A stretch of DNA of 64,000 nt. Origin: Larus michahellis (taxonomy: Eukaryota). Position 1 is the first letter of the stretch. The number at the start of each line of letters is the position of its first letter. The position numbers were made by a program, and so were the translations under genes. Below the pieces are notes generated by a model. That model searched no databases. It was given only the letters and a program-made list of their open reading frames with translations, and was not told the origin of the DNA. Shown in pieces: positions 25,840 to 37,849 of the stretch. The stretch spans positions 203,335,471-203,399,470 of the forward strand of contig NC_133896.1 of assembly GCF_964199755.1 (NCBI RefSeq). Direction: 5' to 3'.

Positions 25840-26260
25840 TATCACACTTTTATGCCGCGATTGAGAGACGGGACGCTGCTTGATGCAAGCAAGATGTCGG
25901 TTTATTAGAGGCGTCGGAAAGCTTTTATACAGCTACTTAACAGTTACATAAATTACACAAATTCTATCATTTCTAATTGGCTTAGCTCTAAATGTTTCAT
26001 TACAATAATCCCTCCTACCTGCGGTTTCGCTATGTGCTAGAAGCTACAGTTTTGGAATGTGCTAAAAGCTACAGTGATAACTTGTTGCCTACTCCCTACT
26101 TCTTCAAGGTTATTTATCTCAGACCTGCAAGGCCAGTTGTTCCCTGGCTCCTCAGATTTATTTGTCTCAGGTCTGCAAGGTCGGCATACCCTCGAATTTC
26201 TTGCATACTTGTACTTTTCTGCTAGCCGCCCCCAACACTTTTAAGCAGAACAAGTATCTG
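25840..26260. repeat. CpG-retaining, internally repetitive block of unknown family inside an RNF17 intron. It has two imperfect ~45-bp tandem units (…atctcagacctgcaaggccagttgttccctggctcctcag / …gtctcaggtctgcaaggtcggcataccctcgaatttc)
   Basis: Several CpGs in ~400 bp (gccgcgattg, gacgggacgctg, ggcgtcgg, gcggtttcgc, ggtcggc, agccgcc) in an otherwise CpG-depleted AT-rich intron. Duplicated motifs tgctagaagctacagt / tgctaaaagctacagt. Confidence 0.4.
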
Positions 26261-26340
26261 GATAGTCAGGTCAGCAGAACAACAAAGAAGGTGTGATCAT
26301 GAATTTATTTCAGATAATTATTTTCAGAGATTATTTGCCA

Positions 26341-26370
26341 CCCCCCCCCCCCCTTTTTTTTTAAATACAT
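26341..26370. repeat. Homopolymer C run (~14) directly followed by a T run (~10), adjacent to an RNF17 Tudor exon
   Basis: cacccccccccccccttttttttttaaat. Confidence 0.9.
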
Positions 26371-26401
26371 GCAAACACACACAACATATAATCCAACTTA
26401 C

Positions 26402-26565
26402 CTGGAGAGTACTACCACCAATTTCTATAACTTTACCTCGATACCACATGGTATCTGATCCTCTTACAACACAAGCTTCTCCCTTTTTCCAGCAGTATGA
26501 CTCCAGAAGACCAAGGCATTTGAAATTACTTTGTATTTCAGTCATCAATTTGTTTAGTTCAATTT
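26402..26565 (-). CDS. RNF17: RNF17 exon, Tudor core first half ([55 protein letters not shown])
   Basis: Tudor core K.G..C.A.FS.D..WYRG.V. Acceptor ccctcccccccag|a and perfect donor ctccag|gtaagt. It joins in frame after the exon at 27768-28075. Confidence 0.85.
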
Positions 26566-27767
26566 CTGGGGGGGAGGGAATAAAATTCAAAATAGTGTAT
26601 AATGTATTAGTGCAAATTCTTTGAATCACTAAAACCCATCAGATTCAGATGAAAATATGTATAAACATAAAACACATGTGCTGCTCCAAAAAATGTTTTC
26701 CAACACTGATACAATACGTATATTCAACTTCTAGTATATGCAAACAAGTTACTACTAAAACAAAAAGTAAACTGCATTTCCAATTGTGAAGCCATTAGTA
26801 ATTCTGGATTCTAATCTCAGAGAAGAAGGGTCTATAAATTTTGCAGCTGGCACCTTGGCAGCAATAATACAAGAGCCTCTCCATGAATAAGAAAACAGAT
26901 TCCCAGAGACAGTGGTAGGACACCGTGAAACAACACAAAACAGATGTCCTGAAGACCCTCTTCTGCTGTGGGTACAGTTTACAAGAAGAATACATTCTTG
27001 GGCAAGTGAGATTACTGCACTTCGAATTTCAGATTTTTATGATATGATCTAATAGGTAAATGTATTTTAGAGTAAAAAGAAAACAACCCCAGACCAAACC
27101 CGTTCTCATATGGAAACATTTCTCTAAGGCGTAACATATTACCATGGTACCATGGTACTGAAGCCTGACACTGCATCTGTCAAATGAAAATGTTTTTTTC
27201 AAAAATAGTACAAACAATAAGTATAAAGAGATACAGAATCTATCACAAGACAATAAAGAGCCCAAGGAAACTGGGTACTGATCTCACACTGAAGGAAAAA
27301 AAAATCCAGTAATATTTGAGAACCAGGGTAACATCTGAGTATTTTTATGATTGTATCTTCATTATTATCGGTAAAATGTACCATAATCTCAACATTATAA
27401 AATATAGCACTCCCAATGCTGCCTAGAGAAGAGAGGCAAGAGACCCGCTCATCCAAGCCCTGGGGGTGTCTGGGTGTCCTGGGAGGTGGGGGGAGAGGAG
27501 AGCTGATGCAGAGGGGTTACAAGACAGGGGCCACTTTCTGGCACCTGGGTCCCTTCCACCGGGCAGCTGCAGGAGCCCCGCCACCGTTGTGCTGCAGAGC
27601 AGGGTGTGCCTGGGCATGCACCCCCCTCACCTCCAACAGCAACCCTCCCCAACAGGAATCCTCCAGAACTGTGTTCTGATACAGAACATGTATACTAGAA
27701 CACATATCTGCTACAGTCCGATATACCAAGGCTGTCACATTCAGACATAAACGTATTTTTTTCTTAC

Positions 27768-28075
27768 CAAGTGATTTTGGTATTATATAAATAGTTCCAT
27801 CATGTCCAACGCAACTTACTACTGCTTGAAAAATTTTTGCTTTGGGTATAGCAGGGGATTTATACATTTCATCCACTCCTGACTGAAGCAGTGCCTTATA
27901 TGTTCTGCACAATTTCTGTTCACTCTCTGAAACAGCGCTGTTTTCCTCGGCAGCAGTGTCTTTTTTTGCACGTGCAGTTTCTGAATTACAACCATCCCGT
28001 TGTGTGTTCTCTTGCTCTAAATGCACTTTAAGATGTTCTCTGGAGTCTGTGTAAGCCACATCAGCTTTCTCAGTT
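27768..28075 (-). CDS. RNF17: RNF17 exon, linker plus Tudor N-terminal extension (TEKADVAYTDSREHLKVHLEQENTQRDG…CRTYKALLQSGVDEMYKSPAIPKAKIFQAVVSCVGHDGTIYIIPKSL)
   Basis: 308-nt open frame. Acceptor ctctgctag|a and donor cacttg|gtaag. It carries the extended-Tudor motif F.A.V…G.IYI. Confidence 0.7.
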
Positions 28076-28396
28076 CTAGCAGAGTCAATCAAATCATATC
28101 AACATGTTAACTGATACAGAACTTGAAAAGTGCAAAGGAATAAGAATAAAGTGCAAAAGAATATAGACAGATAGCAAATACTTGTTAAAATACTGTAAGT
28201 CTCATCTACCAACTTAGAGAACTGAAATGTCCAGTGGATACAATTAATTAAAGTTATACGCAAATAAGTTCACTGAAGATTGAGTTCAGTTGCTACAGAT
28301 GCCGTAGAGGACAGTCCAAATTTTTGTTTTACTTATTAGCTTATCACAATGTGAATATGAGAGTCTGAAAGCATATAACAATAAAAGTATCCAAAC

Positions 28397-28512
28397 CTTC
28401 TGTTTCTAAAAGCCAAACCCTTTTTAATAAGGTGTTGTGAAATATCAATCAATTGTCCTGTTTCATCTTTGCAAAGAATGTTCACAGGCAATGCACAAGC
28501 CACATCACTTTC
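28397..28512 (-). CDS. RNF17: RNF17 exon, Tudor C-terminal tail of the preceding Tudor unit (ESDVACALPVNILCKDETGQLIDISQHLIKKGLAFRNR)
   Basis: Excellent acceptor ttttttttccag|g and donor agaag|gtttgg. It is phase-compatible with the exon at 27768-28075. Motif V.L.D…G..IDI…LI.KGLA. Confidence 0.75.
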
Positions 28513-29352
28513 CTGGAAAAAAAATGAGAACGTTGGACAATATATTACAATATGCATTTCCTCTACACCACAGGCGTATTTTTCATTTTATTGGTACTGA
28601 CTGCAAATCAGACGTTGTTGAACAACTGATGCCCACATCAGAAGACACAAAACTTATTTAATCCATGTAACAGTTCCCATCATTTTACCAACTGTTCTAA
28701 GCATGACATTAAAAAAAAGTAACAGAGTAAAACCTTGCTTCTCCCCTTAGCTGTTTTATTAGAATGAACTGCCAAGTACTTGTTTTCCTCCAGCAGGAGC
28801 TTTAAACCCACTCATAAATAACTTTGCTCATCAGTGCTTTTATTTCCAGACACACTGTAAAACCTCACTGGCAGCTGCCGACAAACACTAAGCAAATCAA
28901 ACCCTCATAATAATTCAAGGGGTTTTTTAACCAGTGGAAGAAATCAATTACTAACGATGTCTGTACAGCACCAGACTCATTCTTTTGGTTTCTGAGGCTT
29001 TAAAACTAATATAGTAGCTACTGAAACTCATCAAGAAAATGAGCATCTTGCTCATCTGTCCATAGGAGTTGCCAGCATACAGTCATCCCAAAGATGTAAA
29101 TATTATTCTTCAGTAAATAAATATATCTAGGATTGTGTTCTTTCCATACTGGGTAGCCAAATTGCTCTAATGCTCCAGTGAAAAACAAAATAAAGCAGAA
29201 AGAAGAAAAAGCATCTTTTTCCCTACAGCAAATAGTAATCTAAGCAAGTTCCACTCAGGACTTTTTTGAAGAGTCAAAGTATTCAGAAAAAAATTTAAAG
29301 TAACAGACAGCCTGACTGAAATTTTACAAATACCTCTGATTTTGTTTACAAA

Positions 29353-29496
29353 CCTGTATAATTATTTTTACGTGTGCCCCAGTTAGGTAATCGGATAAAA
29401 ATTCACAGACTGTTGCTGTCCACTGCATGCTTCCACCTGTTGGTCTAACATAGAACAAATTATAATCTCCTTTAGTACAAGGGAATTTGGCATCTC
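29353..29496 (-). CDS. RNF17: Candidate RNF17 exon (DAKFPCTKGDYNLFYVRPTGGSMQWTATVCEFLSDYLTGAHVKIIIQ)
   Basis: Acceptor ttgattttag|g and donor atacag|gtttgt with an open frame between them. Its Tudor-like character is weak. Confidence 0.35.
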
Positions 29497-30230
29497 CTAA
29501 AATCAACCACAAACCCTTCCCTTTAGTGAGTTTTGATTTTTTTGAAACTGCCTGTACTGTCAGAGAAAAAAGACAATCTTCATTACAGTCAACGGTAAAA
29601 AGAAATGGTTACTAATATCTGGATCTATGACAGGAAGAATTCAAAAATAAAACCCGACAACTTCAAGACGGAGGAGGATCATAAGTTCCAAAAGTATGAT
29701 ACCTCTCTTAACAGCACAAAGGAAAATCCATACTTATCTGCAAATTGAGCTTTTTATATTCATTCAGGGAATGAGTATTATAAACATGATTATTTTTTCT
29801 TCACAGTATAGACAGCACCAAACAAATGCACGGGAGAATGCCCCTGTTCTCCCTCTTTTCTACAGCCTAGAAAAGAGAGACCTCCTGTGCATTTTCATTG
29901 AGATCTAGTTCATCTCAAATTCTGAGCCAAAGAAACAAAGCATTCAGTGAAATAAAGAAAAACTTCTATCATCTGTCTAGGATTTTATAATTCATCCTAT
30001 AAATATTCTTTCTTTCGATAGCACAGTTTCTGCTCTACTCGTATGCAGTATAATCCTTAGGAAAAAAAAAATAATTTAAAAAACGAATTACAGCCATCAT
30101 CCCATTCCTTCTTTATTCAAAAAGCAAACCACATCCAGAACTTAGACAATCGGTTGCTAACACAGGAAAATATTAAGTTATGTCATTATTAGGTTTCTAA
30201 TACTACTACTCAGTATAAGAGAAAGGCTAC

Positions 30231-30349
30231 CTTATATCTGCCAAGGAACATTCTATTGCTAATGTCTTAATTATCTTCAGATTTTCCTCAAGTTTTCTTA
30301 GGCAGGTGACATCCACCATTTTTTCAGCTCCAGAATCATACAGTATTAC
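30231..30349 (-). CDS. RNF17: RNF17 exon, Tudor C-terminal tail ([39 protein letters not shown])
   Basis: Acceptor cttgtctgtaacag|g and donor ataag|gtagcc. Motif V.LYDSG….D…L. Confidence 0.65.
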
Positions 30350-31490
30350 CTGTTACAGACAAGAAATGAAATGAAACAGAAAAAAATGAAATGAAACAGA
30401 AAAAAAACCAAACAGTTCTAAGTGTTACCTTTAGCAAATGATGGTTCAAAGCACATCTGAACAGGTAAGCAAAACTCAAATAAACATTACCAGTATTCAA
30501 GGAATGGCTTTTGCACAGAAGTACTCCATCACACAATACAAATGACTACCACAGCGTACGAAGAGGAAAAAAGACACAAAGGTGCTCGAAGGGGTTAGAC
30601 AACTTTACAGAGGCTGTTACTTATGAGAATTTCTTTTTCCCTGCTCGTTAGGCTGGTATATTTAAAGTTGTAAACCTAGAAACGCTGAAACAGCTCCCCT
30701 CCACCCGTTGCTTTTTATTCTGACGTGGTTAAATAGCTCTTTGATGGCTCTTGGCCTTAGGAAAGCAGATGATGCAAACCAGAAGTATAGAAAGTCACAC
30801 TTCTGCTTTCTACTAACAAGACCCACAGGCATAATCTGATGATGGTGGAGAGAACCAATGATATTCCATTCCTGGATTATCTGTATGATTAAAAAACCAC
30901 TCTTACTTTTGAGGCAAGTAGTTATCTATTCACAAAAGGCCTCTTCTGATGCTCCTTGCTCTTTTCAAAAAAGTATGTTTAAAGCATCACTGTGTGAGAA
31001 GTTACTGTGCAAAATGTCACGCCTACACGGCACAGTGAATCACCATCAGTTTAGGGTTCAAACTATAGCATGACTACACGTGTTTCTGTGGTGCTGCCAG
31101 TTTAACTGGCTTCATCTTTTGGCAACGTTCATTAAATTTGAATTAATGTGACCCTCAGGTTCACACAATTTCTGTAATCTAAGGTAAACTGTTAGGCTAC
31201 AGCTCAGGAATCTGTGCTATGTTGTAAACCGTAGTGTACACATAAACAAATTCAACCTCATGAGCCTTCCTCAACTACCAGGTTCCCTGCTAAAGGTATA
31301 TGAGCTTTGATGAGACAGTAATCCTATTGGCAGCAATGTACAACCTAACTTAAACTCTCGACAAAAGCAAAAGGCTGTATGAGAAAATATTAACACATAA
31401 GTAAAAAGCGAAGATTTGACATTATTTTGATCAATGAACACTTACAAACTTTAGAAATAAAAGCATGAACACTCATGTTAACAGATTTAC

Positions 31491-31634
31491 CTCTGCGCTT
31501 GTTTCAGAGACAATCCTGCTTATTTGACCTCTTTGCCACTGTTTCCAATCATGTACATAAACAGCACAGTGCATACTACTTTCCCACTTCACAGACTGTG
31601 GCTGAGATTCTTTATAGATGGTAACCATCTTCTC
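31491..31634 (-). CDS. RNF17: RNF17 exon, Tudor core (EKMVTIYKESQPQSVKWESSMHCAVYVHDWKQWQRGQISRIVSETSAE)
   Basis: Tudor core signature C.AVY..D..W.RG.I. Acceptor gttagtttgcag|g and donor gcagag|gtaaat. 48 codons in phase 0. Confidence 0.75.
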
Positions 31635-33036
31635 CTGCAAACTAACATTCAAAAAAACACTCTTCCAGTGGTAAAATTTTATCCAGTGAATAAAGGGCTT
31701 ATTTAGTCCATTACTGCTTAACTAGCACACAGTGAAGTTTTAGTAACTATTTAACAGGCACACAGTATTGTAGTTTTTCTTCATGACATGAGAGAAATAC
31801 ATTAAATGGAGCTTCAAAACACATGCCATCTCATTAAAATGCTATAAAACTATCATGTTTTCTTAAACAATGGAATTAATCTGAGCAATCCTGACCCTTC
31901 TGTATAGTACTCTTTGAAAGATGCACTATTTTCTCTCGACAACTTGAGAGCGTGGTACTCATATAGTGGCATGACTAATTCAATGGGTAGCTACATGCAA
32001 GAAGGTAAAAAGATGAAAGAAAGAATAGGCAGAAAATAAGCAACTTGCACTAAGCAATGAAATTTCCATTTAAGTGCCTTCAAACACTACATATACACTA
32101 TTACTTAAGTATCTACCAAAGGTTGATACACTGTGTCTAGAAATTGCCTTACCAGTTTCCTAACAGCATACCAGAATCACGTTGAAAGAAATAACTTTAC
32201 TGAAGTTCTGTAACTTTGGTCATATAATAATACCGGTACTATTTGACAAAATTTCTAATGAAGGAGTGGAGAGGAAAAAGCAAGAGCAGAAAGATTTAAT
32301 CTTTCAGGACAGTGTTGCATTTGTCCAGCCCCAATACTTACTACATTAGAACTGATTTGAAATAGATCATGTACTTGATTTGGAATCACAAATATTTAAT
32401 AAACCACAACATCGTGCCAATCTGTCTTCTGTTCCTATACTTTCCTCAACAAAGCAACGTAAGTCAACAGCATTCCAAAAGAGAACCCAGTGCCAAACGC
32501 AACCCTAATCAGAGTTTAACTATACTTCACCAGTTTTTAATAAGAATACCTTAACTCAAGAAAAATTCTTTGAATTTTAGTACCTTTTCAGTATGCTTTC
32601 TGATGACAGCCACTGTACAAAAATTTTACTAGGAGACACAACATGACTAATTCTCGCTGGTAGCTCTTTCTTAGAAAGTGATTTGAAATCTCCTTCATCC
32701 ACAGGTTCCATGTCTACAGAATTTAAAGCTTCTGAGGTTTCAGGAATTTCTTCTAGAGGAACATCCCAGATTTCACTGTGCCTTACGACAGTATTTTTAG
32801 TGTACCTGTAAGGAGCATAAAGTAATTAGAATGGAAAGTTTAAACTCATTTTAAACCAAGTGAAAAAGCTCAATAATCACAGTTCAACATGAGAGGAATG
32901 ATTCAACATGAAGAATGAAAAATAATAACTTAGAAAAGCAGAAAAAAATCCCAACAAAAGACAAAAACATTTCTAAATGCTACTTTTGAACTTTTGAACC
33001 ACTCATGATTAGTAACTGATTTTTATCTTCCTTCAG

Positions 33037-33288
33037 ATGGCACAAAGTGTACCCTCAGCAAGTTAGCTGATGATACAAAACTGGGAGGGGTGGCTGACAC
33101 ACCAGAAGGCTGTGCTGCCATACAGAGAGACATAGACAGGCTGGAGAGTTGGGCAGAGAGAAACCTTATGAAATTCAGTAAGGGCAAGCATTAGGGTGCT
33201 GCACCTGGGGAGGAACAACCCCATGCACCAGTACAGGTTGGGGGCTGACCTGCTGGAGAGCAGCTCTGTGGAAAGAGACCTAGGAGTC
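33037..33288 (+). mobile_element. Older CR1 LINE, plus orientation, left piece (ORF2 …[17 protein letters not shown]…[19 protein letters not shown]…[12 protein letters not shown]). It is interrupted by a younger CR1 and its right piece is 35901-36585
   Basis: CR1 RT C-terminal coding sequence. It ends in agctctgtggaaagagacctaggagtc, the same 27-mer that restarts at 35901. Confidence 0.75.
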
Positions 33289-35900
33289 ATGGAATCACGG
33301 AATCTTCAGAGTTGGAAGGGACCTCTAGAGATCATCTAGTCCAACTCCCCTGCTAGAGCAGGATTGCCTAGAGCACATCCCTCAGGGCTGCATCCAGGTG
33401 GGTCTTGAAAGTCTCCAGAGAAGGGAACTCCACAACCTCCCTGGGCAGCCTGTTCCAGTGCTCTGTCACCCTCACTGTGAAGAAGTTTTTCCGTGTATTT
33501 GAACGGAACTTCCTATGTTCTACCTTGTGCCCATTGCCCCTTGTCCTGTCACTGGGAACCATTGAAAAGAGCCTGGCTCCGTCCTCCTTAAACCCACCCT
33601 TTAGATACTTGTAAACATTAATCAGGTCCCCCCTCAACCTTCTCTTCTCCAGGCTAAAGAGTTCCAGCTCTTTCAGCCTTTCCTCATAAGGGAAGTGCTC
33701 CAGTCCCATAATCATCTTGGTTGCCCTACGCTGGACTCGCTCCAGTAGTTCCCTGTTCCTCTTGAACTGGGGAGCCCAAAACTGGACACAGTACTCCAGT
33801 TGTGGCCTCACCAGTGCAGAGTAGAGGGGCAGAATGACCTCCCTCGACCTACTGACCACACTCTTCCCTATGCAGCCCAGGATGCCATCGGCCTTCTTGG
33901 CGACAAGGGCACACTGCTGGCTCATGGATAATTTGCTGTCTACCAGGACCCCCAGGTCCTTCTCCTCAGAACTACTTCCCAGCATGTCCGCCCCTAACAT
34001 ATACTGGTGTTTGGCATTCTTCCTTCCCAGGTGCAGGACCCTACACTTGCTTTTGTTGAACCTCATTAGGTTCTTCTCTGCCCAGCTCTCCAGCCTGTCC
34101 AGGTCACGCTGGATGGCAGCATGATGCTTGGTATCATCAGAAAACTTGCTGAGGATACACTCTGTCCCCTCATCTAGGTCATTAATGAATATATTGAACA
34201 AAATTGGTCCAAGTATTGACCCCTGAGGGACACCACTCGTTACAGGCCTCCAACTGGACTCTGTGCCGCTGATCACAACCCTCTGAGTTCTGTCACTCAG
34301 CCAGCTCTCGATCCACCTCACTGTCACCTCGTCTAGCCCATACTTCCTCAGCTTCCTAATGAGGATGTTATGGGAGACAGTGTCAAAAGCCTTGCTAAGG
34401 TCAAGGTAGATGACATCTACGGCTCTCCCCTCATCCAGCCAACCAGTTATAACATCATAGAAAGCTATCAGATTGGTCAGGCATGATTTGCCCTTGGTAA
34501 ATCCATGCTGACCACTTCCAATAACTTCCTGTTCCTCTATGTGTTTGGAGATGACATCCAGAATGAGTCGCTCCATTACCTTCCCAGGGACAGAGGTGAG
34601 ACTAACCGGCCTGTAGTTCCCTGGGTCCTCCTTCTTGCCTTTTTTGAAGATTGGAGTGATGTCAGCCTTCCTCCAGTCCTCAGGCACCTCTCCTGTTCCC
34701 CATGACCTTGTAAAGACAATGGAGAGTGGTCTAGCAATAACATCTGCCAGCTCTCTCAGCACTCGCAGGTGCATCCCATCAGGGCCCATGGATTTATGAA
34801 TGTCCAGCTTGGCCAAGTGGTCTCTGACCCGGTCCTCCTCAACTGAAGGAAAATCTTCCTCTCTCCAGACCTTCCCCCTTGCCTCCAGGGTATGGGATGC
34901 GTGAGGGACGGCTTTGTCAGTGAAGACCGAAGAAAAGAAGGCATTCAGTAACTCTGCCTTCTCTGTGTCTTCCACCACTAGGGCACCCGTCTCAATTCAT
35001 CAGTGGCCCTATATTTTCCCTAGTTTTCCTTTTTCTGTTGATATACTGGAAAAATCTCTTCTTGTTGTCTTTAACTGCAGTGGCCAAGCTGAGTTCTGAT
35101 TGAGCTTTGGCCTTTCTAATCTTCCCCCTGCATAGCTTTGTTATATCTTGATAATCCTCATAAGTTGCTAAGCCCCTTTTCCAGAGAAGGTAAGCCTTCC
35201 TTTTTTCCTGAGGTCCAGCCAAAGCTCTCTATTTAGCCAGGCTGGCCTTCTTCCCCGTCGGCTCGTCTTTCGGGACATGGGGATGGCCTTCACCTGCGCT
35301 TCTAAGAGCACCTGCTTGAAGTATGACCAGCTTTCCTGGGCACCTTTGCTCTTCAAAACTGCCTCCCAAGGGACACTCTCAACCATGCTCCTGAACAGGC
35401 TAAAGTCTGCCCTTCGGAAATCCAAGGTGGCAGTTCTGCTGGCTCCCCGCCTCCCTTCACCAAGAATTGAAAACTCTATCATTTCATGGTCACTCTGCCC
35501 AAGACGACCTCCAACCTTTACATCCCCCACAAGACCTTCTCTGTTAACAAACAGTAGGTCCAGTAGGGCACTTCCCCTAGTAGGTTCCTTCACCAGCTGT
35601 GTTAGGAAGTTGTCTTCCACACACTCCAGGAACCTCCGGGACTGTTCCCTCTCTGCTGTGTAGTATTCCCAGCGGACATCCGGGAAGTTGAAATCCCCCA
35701 CAAGAACAAGGGCAGATGATCACAAGACCTCTGCCAGCCGCTTATACAATACTTCATTGGTTTCTACATCCTGACTAGGGGGTCTGTAACAAACTCCCAT
35801 CATGATATCTGCCTTGTTGGCCTTCCCCTTGATTTTCATCCATACACACTCAACACTGTCATTCACACTGTTGAGTTCTAGACATTCAAAACTGCCCCTA
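33289..35900 (-). mobile_element. Young, near-complete CR1 LINE ORF2, minus orientation. It has an endonuclease C-terminus plus an intact-looking 536-aa reverse-transcriptase ORF and is nested inside an older CR1
   Basis: 3'-terminal signature (rc) atggaatcacggaatcttcagagttggaagggacc at 33289. ORF 33368-34978 carries the RT motifs (…FDTVSHNIL…FADD…) and the C-terminal [27 protein letters not shown] 35168-35701 carries the endonuclease GDFNFPDVRW. Confidence 0.85.
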
Positions 35901-36585
35901 AGCTCTGTGGAAAGAGACCTAGGAGTCCTGGTGGACAACAGCATGATCATGAGCCAGCAAAGTGCCCTTGTGGCCAAGAAGGCCAAGGGCATCCTGGGGT
36001 GCACCAAGAGTGTGGCCAGCAGGTGGAAGGAGGTCTTCCTCCCCCTCTACTCTGCCTTGGTGAGGCCCCATCTGGAGTGCCCTAATCCAGTTCTAGGCTC
36101 CCCGGTTCAAGGACAGGGAACTGCTGGAGAGGGTACAGCAAAGGGCTACCAAGACGATTAGGGGACCAGAACACCTCTCTTATGAAGAAAGGCTGAGGGA
36201 TTTGGGTCTCTTCAGTCTGGAAAAAAGATGACTGAGGGGGGATCTTATCAATGCTTATAAATACTTAAAGGGTGGGTGTCAGGAGGATGGGGCCAGCCCT
36301 TTTCAGTGGCGCCCGGCAACAGGACAAGAGGTAATGGGCACAAACTTGAACATAGGAAGTTCCACCTAAACATGAGGAGGAACTTCTTTACTTTGAGGGT
36401 GGCAGAGCACTGGAACAGGCTGCCCAAGGAGGTGGTGGAGTCTCCATCTCTGGAGACATTCAAAACCCACCTGGATGTGTTCCTGTGCAACCTGCTCTGG
36501 GTGACCCTGCTCTGGCAGGGGGGTTGGACTAGATGATCTCCAGAGGTCCCTACCAACCGCTGTCATTCTGTGATTCTGTATCCTT
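35901..36585 (+). mobile_element. Older CR1 LINE, plus orientation, right piece (ORF2 C-terminus and 3' UTR) ending in cattctgtgattctgta
   Basis: …[25 protein letters not shown]… then [32 protein letters not shown], then ggttggactagatgatctccagaggtccctaccaacc…attctgtgattctgt. Confidence 0.8.
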
Positions 36586-37849
36586 GCACATCTTACTAAC
36601 AGATGAAAGCACTATGCAATATAGGCTGCCAGCAGAAAAGCGAGCCTGACACAAATGGACTGCTGAATGTTTGTGTCTGCCTTAAAAGACATTAAATTAT
36701 TAATATGATGCTTCTGGAAATCAACGTTGCCTCTGAGTGGAAGCTGCAATGTTCAACTTCTAAGATGTGTAAATACTCCTTCCAGAAGACTATTAACATT
36801 AGTGAAACATTTACCTTTCTAACATTCCCTGAAGATATAAATGCAACACAATTGGAGCTAGCTCTTTCTTAAGTAGAACACTGAATAAAGTACGGTCGTC
36901 ATAACACCTTGATGAAGTTTTTTTAAAATTGTGTGAACTGGATATGGATAAAATAAAGCTCAACAGCAATTAAGAACTGGCTGGTATGTATTTTGAGCAA
37001 CAGCCCAGCTTAGTACAAGCCTGTGTGAATTGTGCCAACTAGAGAAATAAGGGATTGCAGCTTGAAAAAAAACAAACCACCAACACAAAAACCTAACCGT
37101 TAATGCAAAAGAACTGGCTTCTTGTAAACATTACTGACTAAAGGAGACAGTAAGCCTGAGTTTAACTGCTGGCCATTTCTGGGCCTCCAGGAAGAAACTC
37201 TTTCCTGTTTTCAGAAACCTAACGCCTGTCTTTTCCTTCACAGGAAGGAACAAGCTGCTCTGTCAGAGAGATCATCCACTATACACCGCTACACAATTAT
37301 TTATGCAAACCTTCCCGATGAAGATATTTGGAAACTGCTGGGTTAAACAGCTAACTTGTAGAACCAGGAAAGAAATGAATGCCATGACTCATGAATATGC
37401 TGAACATGCTTACCTTGCATACAACTAGTCTGAACTATGAAATGGACAAAGGCAAGAGATCTCCCAAGTGAAACACCTCACCTCACAGGTCTTACAGCCC
37501 CCTCTCTAGTAACTCCAGTATAGCATTATAATTGCAGATCCATCAGAAAAACCACTCAATTTGGAATGAACTTCAGACTCCAAGGTTTTGTCCTGGAATT
37601 CTGTATGGACTACTTTCCATCCTAATGCAAGAGTAAGATTACTGATGTTTGCTTGTCTGAAAGTCAGCTTCAGCGGAGTGCTGTGCTCTCCTACTTATAT
37701 TGTTTTACATTAGTTCAGAGCTGGCCTGGGTATCCCTCAACAGCATTAAACATGGAAGAATAACCATAACACAAATGGGATTCTAAATGACCTAAGGTAG
37801 GTTTAAATTATTCACCGGTCTCTTGCCTTTTTGCAGGCAACCATCTTCA

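Noticed and set aside
27416-27750. Four overlapping ORFs on both strands (up to 94 aa) in the GC-rich island
   Set aside because: Open frames on both strands in all phases are what high GC content produces by chance. They have no codon bias or splice signals, and the ORF 27517-28092 is real only in its 27768-28075 part.
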